64,000 bases of DNA from Octopus bimaculoides (taxonomy: Eukaryota). Shown piece by piece: positions 1 through 12,114 of the stretch. The notes beneath the pieces are model-generated. The model was not told the origin of the DNA. It ran no database searches and saw only the letters and a list, made by a program, of their open reading frames with translations. Numbering within the stretch: the stretch's first letter is position 1; each line of letters begins with the position of its first letter. A program made the position numbers and the translations under genes. The stretch covers positions 118,323,515-118,387,514 of the forward strand of contig NC_068985.1 in the NCBI RefSeq assembly GCF_001194135.2, in the 5' to 3' direction.

Positions 1-239
1 AGAAAACTAAAATATTCTTAATTACAAAAAGATTCACAGAAACTGTAAATAGAATGTAAAGATGAAGGGGAAGAAAGGAAAAAAAAATCAAGAATTACAT
101 AGATAAATACGATCAAGAAAAACTGGCACTTTGTCAGCTACAACGACAAGTATTCCAGTTACCCTGATCAACAGAACAGCATACTCGTGAAATTAATGTG
201 CAAGTGGTTGAGCTCTCCATAGACAAACACATCCTTAAA

Positions 240-410
240 AGGAAGATACAGCATGACACAGAATGTGACGAGGCTGGCCCATTGAAATACAGGTACTACT
301 CATTTTTTTGCAAGCTGAAATAAAGGGTCTTGCTCAAGGACACAACATGCCACAAGGAATCAAATTCATGCCTTTACGATCTTGAGCCGGATAACCTAAC
401 CACTAAGCCA
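240..410 (-). mobile_element. tRNA-derived SINE remnant
   Basis: Reverse complement starts gtggcttagtggttagg..gaatttgattcc..gttgtgtccttgagcaagacc, a tRNA-SINE head. Confidence 0.6.
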
Positions 411-834
411 CAGGTTAAAATACAAAGATTATATGAGGAGAGCAGAAGAGAAGACTGACATGGTGATCCATGATATTGAGCCTGCGGAGAACAGGCAATT
501 CAAGATGATCGGGGGTGGGGACTGGTACTCTAGTACAATGATATGCAATCTTTCATGGATGATATTCTTTTATTCGCTTCACATGGAAAACCTCATAGAC
601 CACTAGCTATAAAATTACTTTTAATTGTATTATGTAACAACACAGTAGGCCATAAAACTTGCTGTGGACCATAAAAACTTTGATATGAACAGTTGGTGGT
701 CCACCTGTTCTCTGTTGTGTTATCACTACTTCGTGAGTAATGAATCTAATGATGGCTCAAGGGAGGATACTCAAGAAATTTAATTCATTCTACTAAGGAA
801 GACTGATTGAGTGTTTTATATTCTTTTCTACTCT

Positions 835-1440
835 CGGCACAAAGCCCGAAATTTTGGGGGAGGAGGCTAGTCGATTAGATCGACCCCAGTACGCAACTGG
901 TACTTAATTTATCGATTTGGAAAAATGAAAGGTAAAGTCGACCTCGGCGGAATTTGAACTCAGAACGTAAAGACAGATTAAATACCTATTTCTTTACTGC
1001 CCACAAGGAGCTATATACAGAGGGGACAAACAAAGACAGACAAACGGATTAAGTCAATTATATCGACCCCAGTGCGTAACTGGTACTTATTTAATCGACC
1101 CCGAAAGGATGAAAGGCAAAGTCGACCTCGGCAGAATTTGAACTCAGAACGTAACGACAGACGACNNNNNNNNNNNNNNNNNNNNNNNNNNNNNNNNNNN
1201 NNNNNNNNNNNNNNNNNNNNNNNNNNNNNNNNNNNNNNNTACAGAGGGGACAAACAAAGACAGACAAACGGATTAAGTCAATTATATCGACCCCAGTGCG
1301 TAACTGGTACTTATTTAATCGACCCCGAAAGGATGAAAGGCAAAGTCGACCTCGGCAGAATTTGAACTCAGAACGTAACGACAGACGACATACCGCTAAG
1401 CATTTCGTCTGGTGTGCTAACGTTTCTACCAGTTCACCAC
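835..1440 (-). mobile_element. SINE-like interspersed repeat family B, with gap-associated duplication
   Basis: Homologous to + copies at about 15100-15310, 15330-15545, 15570-15770, 24230-24365, 24710-24925, 33955-34085 and 13095-13180 (core gagttcaaattccgccgaggtcgactttgcctttcatcctttcggggtcgataaataagtacc). Confidence 0.75.
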
Positions 1441-3229
1441 CTTGATTCAGTGTTTTATACTGACAAACTGGTTATACTACCAGAACATTAATGAAAGATT
1501 CAAGTTATCCACTGGTCTTTGTACATTTTTTAAAACTGCTATCATTGTCCACAATAAACTTAAACGAATCAGTTAAAGAATGCTTGCACTTTACAGATGA
1601 ATGCTTCAAACGTTTGGTGAAACATTCTGCATTCTACAGAAAAATGGAAAGTAAAATTCAGAAACAATTTCTATCTTTAAAAAAAGTGTGATGAATCTGT
1701 ATTTAAAATTTCCATCTGGTTTGAAACATCGGTTACCTCTTTTGGTACCTGATGCATGAGACATGAGATCGCTTCAGGTTCTATGATAAGCAAAAATCTT
1801 GTTTGAAAGTGTTCATATTGAATTAAGATATATAATCGATACTTTATTTTAAAATTAAAATATGTTCTTAACATCAATTTAAAATGAAACATGAAAATGT
1901 GCACTTGCGGACCCACAGCATGGTATTGGCAAGCGGGGGAGACATCATATGACATTTATCAACAATTTGAAGGGATTGGCTTCTGTCCACAAACTGAAGG
2001 TGGCAATAATGGGCTTGGTAAAATAGCCTCTTCTTCAAGAACTGGATGGAAGCCCAGCCAGAATAAATAATTAGAAAATGATCATTTTTACCAAGTTCCT
2101 TCAATTTGTTGATTATTTTCAAAAGTAAAGGAAACAGTTTATTTTATTGGAAAATATGATCACAAAAGTGTTAAATAGATGATGACAAACACCTAAAGTT
2201 AATAGTGGATGTAGAGATGACCAACTTAAAAGAAATCCTAGCCTGGATTGTATTCATAGTTTAATTAATTTGGATAATAATCATTGTTATTATTGTAATA
2301 GGTTTTGCCTTAATTTCACCAGTACAAAAAAAAAAAAAAAAAAAGACAAAACCCCCCAGAAATATATTGGTTTCTAGAAGTAAACTGGATTATCTATTTA
2401 AGGTGGTCATGAGCTCAAATTCCTTTAGAGAATTGTTTATTGTGTTTTTAGGCCTGGTTTGAGAACTTTCTGACACCACCTTGTATACAGGGTTGAAAAT
2501 TTGCATTTTTGCTATTGCATTAATTCTAAATAAATAGTTTTAAAAAAACACAGGCAGTATTTAATATAGTTGTGGTGTCTGTCCTTGGGGAGGACCTGGA
2601 ATAAAACTGAATTTATAATCTATTATTTCATATTCAATTCTCATTATATCTTGTCAGTTAGACAATAAAATGGGTGAGAAGGCATCAGTGTCAGACTGTG
2701 GTTAGGGCATCAGTTGGCCTTAATCCAGCTCTATCTTTATATCAAAGTGGATAAGTTTCTTACGTTTCTTTTAAGTCACTATACAACCAACATACACATC
2801 ATGAATGTTAAAATGATTTTCTTGAGACATATTCATGAATAGCTTGAAGTCAGCTATACTTTGCAAACTTATAATTGAAATGTTCTTTTTTAAAAGACAC
2901 TAGGGTGTAATTTGATGGAGTAGGCTGACATTTTGTGCAGAGGCCTTGACCATTTCAACTTTTTTTTCTATGCCTAATGTATCTATATCTATATTATTTA
3001 ATGCATGCTCTGTTTTTAAGATAGCAGGGGGCAAGTTGTAGAAAATTTGGTTGGTGTTATAACAAATTTATAACAAATCAAGTGAATATCTAGAGGTTTC
3101 CTCATCGCACTATCGTTATATGTTTGTGTTCTATAACCCCAAGTCAACTTTGATCAAACAGTCCTATGACACCCAGTTATTTGGCAGATCCATCTTTCCA
3201 TTTATATCATGCCTCCACTTAACTGATGG

Positions 3230-3586
3230 TAGTTAAAACGCGAGAGAGAGAGAGGAAAAAAGTAATGTAAGGGAGGTAACTATAGATTTTTGTATAGTGT
3301 GATTGTTTTTATTTTTCTTATTTCTAGTCACACAGAAAAACAAACAATAGAAATTTTAAATATATAATATATCTTCTCAAATATCACTAAATATAAGATG
3401 AAATATTCGGGCGCGGTATTTCAAACAAAAACAATTGAAAACCACAGAAAGTAAATAAATGTCAAGGGAAGTAATCGATAGACATTGTCTTTTTTTTTAT
3501 GGCCGTATCGTTGACATAAATGTCCGACACACAAAAATATCCTCATACTTCATATGATATCTGAAATAACTCTTGCCGGCTACGCT
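3230..3586 (+). promoter_or_regulatory. Probable PICK1 promoter/5' UTR region
   Basis: CpG dinucleotides retained locally (cgcgag, cgggcgcgg, ccgtatcg, ccggctacg) just upstream of coding exon 1, against a CpG-depleted gene body. TSS unknown. Confidence 0.4.
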
Positions 3587-3633
3587 ATGTACTATGAAGG
3601 AGCTTTAGGTTATGAACTAGAAGAGGATAAGCT
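3587..3633 (+). CDS. PICK1: PICK1 coding exon 1 (MYYEGALGYELEEDKL)
   Basis: Translates to the PICK1 N-terminal acidic segment (human MFADLDYDIEEDKL). Ends CT|GTAAGT, phase 2, matching exon 2. An in-frame upstream ATG at 3554 could add 11 aa. Confidence 0.9.
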
Positions 3634-4244
3634 GTAAGTAAAATATTGGCTTTGACAGAATCTAAATATTTCTCAATTGTTACGTCGAACTTCCTTGTGC
3701 ACAGACAAAAACGTTTTTCAAATGAAATCAATCAATATGAGCAGCAATAAAAACACTAACGATAACGTTAATGATAATATAGTTTGAAAATATAAATAAT
3801 GAATTTTATATAATATATCTAAAAAGAAAAAAAAAACAAAGGACGGCGATTGTCGATAACAACATCTGTTATGAAATGTGATCTAGAATATGCTTTTATA
3901 TTCCACCCTCTGATCAATCACTCAATTCTCGTTACATTTTGTTTGAAATTATATATAAACAGCAATTAAAAATGTTTGACAGAGCTTCGATTCACCCCTT
4001 CCCTGTATGTGTGTGTGTGTGCGCGCGTATGTATATATATATATATATATATAATTTTCTATTGGGCACACCTGTATGAAAACATCCAACCATTAACTGA
4101 AGGAATATTCAGCATACTTAAGTATAGTGTAAAATTTATTTCTACAAAAAATAATTGACACCGTGACTTCGAAATTTCGCCTTTAACTGGAGTTTGTTAG
4201 ACTAATATATANNNNNNNNNNNNNNNNNNNNNNNNNNNNNNNNN

Positions 4245-4321
<77 letters not shown>

Positions 4322-4529
4322 AAGAGAGAGACCAAATAAAAAAATTGACTCATACAAACCGATGCACAGGTGTTTGTGTGTGTGTGTGTTGGGGAAAACT
4401 TAAATACCGCAACAAATAGTAAATACCACCTGTTATCTTTTGTGATTCCCTTGCATTGTTGATAACTTGGTGGTTCTTTTTTTCTATATATCTGCCATGT
4501 CCAGAATGTAGAACATTGGCGGTCATGTC

Positions 4530-5520
4530 TTGCCACTATACTTTGTCGTTTGTTTTCTGTAACAGTTGCACTTACTGATGTTTAATGCTACTTTCTTCCA
4601 ACTAGTTCGTCCAGCTTTGACATCGATATCATCCTTCTTCCTCTGCTTCTTTTCACTCCAATCTTTCCAGTCATCACCAAATTCTCTAGGCGACTATTTG
4701 CTCACCACAAGACCCAGAAATCTCAGTTGTTTGGTCCTTATCTCACAAAGCAGTTTCCTATTTAATGCAGTCTGTCATAATTTCTTCATTAGACACTTTG
4801 TTCAAGCTATCCTCAGTATTCTCCTTAAAAACCACATTTCACATCTCTCCAAGCACTTTCTCATTTCTGATATTATAGACCTGTGCTCTGCAACCTTTTC
4901 TCACTTGTGGTACACTTATATTCTTTTCAAAATTCGGCTGCACATCTGAACTAAAAATATAAAAATGTAGGGAAAAAGATTATACACTGCAGCACGTCTA
5001 ACATCGTCTCGTGGCACACCAGTGTGCCACCGCATACCGATTGATATAGACCATAACTCACTGTTATTTATAGACCATAGCTCACTTCCGTACATTAACA
5101 CAGGGTTGACATTACAGTCCAGTATACAGATCCTGGCCTTGATGCTCAGAGTACAGTTCCTTAAAATATTATACAATTTTGAGAATGCAGATTCTGCCAG
5201 CTCTATTTGTCTTTTGATCTCCTCCACACATCTTGCACCTTCTTGATCAAAGTTTCAAGGGAGCAACCATATGCCAGTATTATGCACATTCCAATGTAAA
5301 TTAAAGAATTTGAAGAGAATAAGAACTATGGAGAGACCAGATATTGAGCGGCTGAATAAGCCAGATATGCAGCCAGAGTAATCCATAAATGTGATATAAA
5401 GTTCTCATATTCCAGGTTCCAACTCTAAATGGTACTTCTGTTGCTAGCAATAGTTTTCTGACACTTGGGACCCACCTGCTGCTCATGGGATACTCTACTG
5501 AGTGAGGAGTCATCCTCATT
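4530..5520 (-). mobile_element. RTE-clade LINE remnant (APE start joined to RT C-terminus, internally deleted)
   Basis: RVGTWNMRTLY near 5400-5430 and EEIKRQIELAESAFSKL..IL..L..PVLMYGSELW at 4916-5227. Confidence 0.8.
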
Positions 5521-6152
5521 AGACAAACAAGCCCTACTTCATGCTGTTATTTTTCAGCATTGATTTGCGACTATTCATGAGTGTTCTTTCCTTGTTGCTT
5601 TCTTTACTGCAGCATGATGGTCGCGTCTAGGGTTACCAGAATGCTTGCCACTTTATCAAGATCTACTGTTGACCATCACTCAAGGATCATCTTCTGAGAC
5701 ACTTGTACTGCATCACTGCTGCCTGGTGCAGGGCATTGCTAGGCCTATTTAAAGGCAGCCTAAACTCACCCTACCACAGCAATATCCTTGGGGATATGCT
5801 GTTTTTGATGATCCTGTTGGTGCCACCCAACCAGCATCTGGCCCCCTGTTGTTGCTGTAGTTCCCCTTTCAGTTGCCTTTTACAACATACAGAGGATGCA
5901 TGGGAGGTATTCTTTTAAAGCCCCATCCCCAAGCTAAACATATATAAATACATAAATATAACTTTGGTTGTGATTATAAGTCTACAATGTAGGGCTGAAT
6001 TAATCCGAACTGGTGCCCTTAGCACAGTCCAATAATAGTGTTCTCTTGCCTCTTCCAAAGTCAAACTGATAAAGCATACATACATACATACTTATATATA
6101 TATATAAGAATTTAAGGAATGGAGAAAACGCATGTTATAATTGCATACTTTA

Positions 6153-6236
6153 TTCCTACATATGTTTCAAAGAATTACAACCTGTGTGATCCATAGGGAT
6201 CTTTGATATTAAAATTGTAACCTTCTCATCAGGGAA
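6153..6236 (-). ncRNA. Type I minimal hammerhead ribozyme motif (palindromic stem III)
   Basis: Minus strand: TTCC-CTGATGA-GAAGGTTACAA..(internal GATCC/GGATC hairpin)..TTGTAATTCTTT-GAA-ACATATGT-A-GGAA. Stem I TTCC/GGAA, intact core, palindromic ACATATGT, GUA cleavage triplet, AATAAA directly after. Confidence 0.75.
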
Positions 6237-6253
6237 AGCATGGGAAATACACA

Positions 6254-6286
<33 letters not shown>

Positions 6287-9200
6287 AACAAATATATACC
6301 CACACCCACACACACGACTGCTGGCAGAGTTGTCAAAGCAATGGATAGATTACTTTGCTGTAATTTTTTTAACTTCTTGTGATCTAAGTTCCAGTCCTGT
6401 GAAGGTCAACTTTACCTCTCATTCTTCAGGAGTACCAGTTCTATGGAATCAGTTTTTCTCTTTCTGTGTGTGTGTGTGTAGGTGTGTACCTACATGTATA
6501 TATGTATGCTTGTTTGTGTGTGTATACATAATAAATTTATGTTTGTGTGTGCAGTAGAAAGGAGAATGTAATGACTATTGGGACAATGGTAAACCTTTGA
6601 TAAATGCATTCAGTTCTCAGTAAGATGGGAAATGTTTTTAAGAGACCCTTTCATTTTATGTTCTGCAGCTAACATATAAGTCTTTGTTAATTATCTCAGT
6701 TAGATAACAAACTAGAAATTATACACATTTTGCTAAAAATACAACAATAATTATAAGACATATACCATGATAATTTCCCTCAACACATTTGGCAACAACT
6801 GTGTTGACGGAAATTATTGTGGTATTTGTGGAGAGGGTCACTCAACATGTTAGAAATGTCCCTCAAATTACATCCAACTCTTTACAAAATATGTAAGATA
6901 CTTTGGATAAAGTAATCTTAAATACACTGAATAAAAGTTGGGCAGGAATTTCTAATCAGCTTAATCATTATTGATCTGGAATTAAGTACCATTCATAATT
7001 GCTAGCATTGATAATCATGCTAGCAAACAAATTGACAATACACTTTCTGACTGTAATTAGTCCTAATTATAATCATTACAACGGTAATAATAATAATACA
7101 ATCATAAACATCAGCTATAACCCCATTAGTTCAGAAGTGAACATGATACAGTCTCTCTGTAGTAGCTCGACCCACTAGGGATAATAGCCAAATCTCTCTC
7201 CATCTTGGAAAAGTAAAGGACACATTGGATAATGTAATTGTAGATACTCTTAAAGAGATAGGATGATGGTCATTACTGGGATGTCTTTGATCATAAGTCT
7301 GCTCAATGAAGGTGACTTTGGATTAAACAGCAACAACAAAGACCAATCCTACTCATTTTAAAAATATTTTAAAGAGCATCTTAATTACTGGGACAGTGAT
7401 GGCTCGTGTATAGGAACTGCGGAACTACAGCACCCACTATTTCCACTCGATATTATCAATAATATTCAATATAATGAGTCCTTTTTTCTTTAATTCTTTC
7501 TTTATATTTGTACATTATATAATCCTTAAGCTTAATGTCAGTATCCATCCCTTAGATTATGAAAAAAATACAAAAATCCTTCTATAGAACTGTGTTTCAC
7601 AGTTCCAGTGACACAGTGTTTGGCTGTTGTGTGCATACTCACATGTCCGAGATAGGAAGCTTCACACTAGGGAGAGAGAGAGAGAAAGAGCACTGCGTGA
7701 ACTACAGTGCCAGGTGAAGGGTTGTGTTTCTTTTTGACTCTGTGTGTGTTGTGCTTAAAAACATGTTTATATTCTTGAATGTGATAAAGTGCAGAATTAG
7801 ATTATCATCCTGCTCCCAGCTTCAGTGTTGTTGCCAGGATTTGAAAAATAGGGCACATTTCCCCCCCTTATTTTGTAATTTAGGGGAGATTTTTGAAAAA
7901 CAAGGGGGAATTCATGGTGAACAAATTAAAACACATTACCCAGCAGTGGCTAAAACGCGAACCGATCAAATTCATGTATAAATTTTCTTTTTATGTTTAT
8001 TTCCTTTTACATAATATTAAAACAACGGCTAAGCATTTTCTGAAGCAGCACCCCCACTAATTTTGTCTACGAGCCACCACTGAACTGGGAAGTGCTTCAT
8101 CTTCAAACAGGGTTCATTTGATTATCTTCTTTCAAAGCATAAATGTCAAAGACTATTACAGATGCTGATATGGCTTGTGATCATTTTGAGGAGTTGTGGT
8201 TTCAAGTTCAGCCCCACTATAACATTGAGCAAATATCCCTTACACTAGCCTTGTATCAACCCAAGTCTTGTGAGTGAAATTAGGTTGACAGAAAGTGTGC
8301 ATAAGCCCAACAACTGGTCTGTGTCTGTTCATGGAAGGTAGCCTTAATCTGTTGCCAGTTTTTACACCTCCACATAATCTTTGGAGGCTTTTAATGGACT
8401 CCAATCTCTTTCAAAGATTCAGACTCTATCCCTAGATAGATGATATCAAGATGTTCCTACTTTTCTTCCGTGTCTCTCACAGACTCAATAAAGAAATAAT
8501 GCTACTCTTTTACCTTTAACTAAATCTTATGTAAAAAAGAAAAATGAAATGTGCTACATTATCTAAAACAGTTAAAAATTCAAATTCTTACATGGAATTT
8601 CTCATGGCAATTACTATAGAGTTTAGGCATATTTACCCACTTGCAGCCATTAACTGTTTTGGACTTAGAACATGGATTCATAATGTACCAGCTCAGGCTT
8701 ACATGAAAAAAAAATCACCTTACTAAAAAACAAACAAATAAAAAACAAATTTCACCAGACTGTACAAAATGGCAGACAATTATGACTTGTAAACTCTATT
8801 CCACTCTTAAATGGTTATTATTTTTAGAAGGCCATGTGACCATGTAAGTAGCTCTTGCATTGGCTTGTTATACAGATTTTTCTCATTGTACAATAAAGCC
8901 ACTCCAATGAGTTTTGAATAGTATGTTTAGACATCCATTGTCAAACATCAAATTTCTTTTTAAGGCACCATTTTACATGACCTTATATTTTACACACTAA
9001 CAGTTAAATCATCCCAATGACATAATTGTACATATTTTGAGGTTTGTTTGATCAGAGCACACTTTACTCTCACAACAATGTATTCACACGTATCATGTAT
9101 TCACTTTGACAAAATACAGTAAATGGCTTTCTTACTGGTTTGAATATGCCTCAAGCATATTTAAACTGATAACAACTTTGTATTTATACACATCACTATT

Positions 9201-10299
9201 TTATTTACAGTGAATTACAGACTAGCACAACCAGTCATAGCACAGCCAGTCTCTCTTGTTAGTTTGCAGTGTCTGCTTTTCCACTTCCTGGTGCTGAAGA
9301 AGAGATAATCACTTGGAAATGCTTGCATCCAGGCTGGTCAGGGAACACTGCAAACTAACTCGATATGTTTATACCTATCTGTCTACAGCAAAAAAATTTT
9401 TCCATGACAAAATACAGTGAATGGCTCTCTTACAGGTTTGAATGTGCCTCAGGCATATTTGTATTAGGAACAGTTTTTTTATCTCTCTGTCTGTCTGTCT
9501 ATTATATAGCCATCATCATCATCAATATCATTTTACTTATGCCTTTCATGTTGGCATGGGTTGGATGGGTCATGGGTTTCCTTCCTAACACCATCCATTT
9601 TATAGAGAGTACCAAGAGTATGCTATCATGGCACCATATAAATGTGTGTGTATGTATGTCTGTCCATTGTACTGACAAATATGTGTAGTAACGCCTTGGA
9701 GTCAGCGTTTTGTTGTTTCTACAGAATTTAATATAGGAAAGCGGGTGTACACCTAATGGTGTATAACTACTTTCCTATATATGTATTTGTAAATATATAT
9801 GTGCATAGGCAGGCATGGATTAACCTTGAAACAAAACAAGCACTTCTTTAGGAACCAAAGTGAAGGGGTCATTACTGTGTTTTACTTGTGTTGTTTTTAC
9901 CATTTTGCAGCTGAATATGGACCCCATAGAAAGTGTTGAAAATTTTCATTTTTTTTATACTGTTATATTAATTATAATAAGCAATTTTAAATATTAATTA
10001 CTGGTATTTAGTGTTAAATAAATAAAATTAAATATAAACAGGTTATATCTAATACAGTTGTGGGGTCTGGTCTGGGGGAAGGACCTGGAATAAAAACTGA
10101 ATTTTTAACCTGTTATTTCACGTTCAACAATTACGTTAATGTCTTGTCAGTTAAGCGACTGGAGTGTCCAAGGAGCACCAGTGTTGGGCTGTATTTAAGG
10201 CTTCAGTTGGTTTTCATCTGGCTTTGTGGGAATTAGGTATGCATGTAAGTCTTCTAAAATGATTTCTTTGTTTACTTAAGCTAATTAGCTACTTCAGTT

Positions 10300-10600
10300 A
10301 ATTATACTCTTTCACTTAGCCTATCATATTAACCCCTTAACATCACATAACAGGCAGTTTTCATTTAGCCTCACACTAATCTTGGATTTAGACAGTTTTC
10401 ATTTAGCCTTTCACACTAACCACACATCATAGGCAGCTTTTATTTAACCTCTCAAACTCACCCTACATTATAGGCTACTTTCATTTAACCTATAACATTA
10501 ATTTCATATAGGCAATTTTTATTTAGCCTATTCCATTAGTTTCACATTGTAGCAGTTTTCATTTAGCCTATCACATTAACTCTGCATTAGAGGCAACCTT
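10300..10600. repeat. Degenerate ~40-bp minisatellite
   Basis: Recurrent aggcagttttcatttagcct..cacactaa units, about 7 copies. Confidence 0.75.
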
Positions 10601-11307
10601 TGAGCTTTGTTTTCTCTTGATTATTAATACAGATACTCAAAATAACCACTGTTGGAACTCACTTCTGTTTCAGACTCTGGGGCTCATAACAACACATTGT
10701 TAATTCTTATTTTAGCCAATGATTGAATAGTCCTAGATCCTCCATGATGTTTAGTCATCAGTTTGTCTTTGGTTCTCTTCATTTTTCTATAACTGCCTGG
10801 ATTCCAGTATAACAGTTAATTAGTGGGTCTGATGTAGTAATATTTAGCCAGATATGATGTCTTTTGCAGAAATTACTGGAAGTTGCTTAGCCTCAGGTCA
10901 GCCCTGATTAAACAGACCTATGTAATGTATGCATATGTATTCCAGGCATAATGTACCTCAGAATACAATATTTTATGCACCCTTCCTCTTTTGTGATTTG
11001 AAGGAGGTTTGATCACTATTTATAGCATATTGGGAGACTGTGTAAAGGCTCCTTTTCTGAGGGTTGCATTAATGGTTTTTGTTGTTGTTTGATCCAAGGT
11101 TAACCATGATTGAGCAGATGCACCAAGACATTCTAACTACGAATATCCTGTCATTTCGTATATCAGATATGAATGGAAGATGCAAGTTGGGTAAGATAGT
11201 GTCTTTAACTGGCAGTGAAAGACATCTACAATGGTGACAAACCAATGAAAAGTTGGAGATAATGCATACTTACATACATACATGTATGCATGCACCCATC
11301 CGTTCAT

Positions 11308-11344
<37 letters not shown>

Positions 11345-12048
11345 TACGGTGTGTATTAAAGTATACTTCTATATTTTTGCACACATTAACTGCACAATTA
11401 TTTGTTAGATACTGAATAAAGTGACACACATATTTATATATGCATGCATGTATGTGTGTATTATTACGTATAATTGCATTATTTGTTCTAAACTATGCGT
11501 AATTAACAAGCAAGTAAATAGAAATATGTTTGGAGACAGAGAAAGAGAGAGAGAGAGAGAGAATTATTGTAGTTCCACTAGGTCATAGAAAGGAGGCAAA
11601 AATGCCGATTTCGTTCAATGTACTGACGTGTCGAGACCACTTTGTGTGTGTGTGTGTGTGTGTTACATGAACACTAATAACAGCTGTTACTTCAGTTTTT
11701 ATATCCTATTTTGCCTGTCGGTCTAAAAACCTATTTTTGTCAAATCAGTGAATAATTTGGTCTCTGAACATACTGTATAAAATATAAATATATTCCCCTT
11801 TCTGTTTTTATTTACTAATCAACATGATATTGTTCTCACTAACTTCTTGATCAAGACAAAAAACAAAAACGCGCAAAAACAAAGTAGAATTCTAGAGTGA
11901 AATAGGAAAAAGAAAATCTCTCCTATTGTGTGTCACTGTTTGCTGAGTGAGGAATTGCAGATTTTGTGACTTTTTTTTTTTTTTTTTCACATTTGGACCT
12001 AAAATACATGACATACAACCAAGGACACTTTTATTACCAGGTATCCAG

Positions 12049-12114
12049 GATGAACATTGACGATTATTTCAGTGATAAAAACAAACATATTCAATTGCCA
12101 TGGGAAGATACATG
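12049..12114 (+). CDS. PICK1: Putative PICK1 alternative exon (66-nt in-frame cassette, or alternative first exon from ATG 12050): MNIDDYFSDKNKHIQLPWEDTW
   Basis: CCAG acceptor at 12045-12048, open frame, strong TG|GTGAGT donor at 12115. Phase 2/2, so in frame between exons 1 and 2. No transcript evidence. Confidence 0.5.

Noticed and set aside
1020-1385. Exact duplication of a SINE segment on both sides of the N gap (also 51662-51774 / 52722-52834)
   Set aside because: Identical sequence flanking a gap is typical of unmerged contig overlaps and is most likely an assembly artefact.
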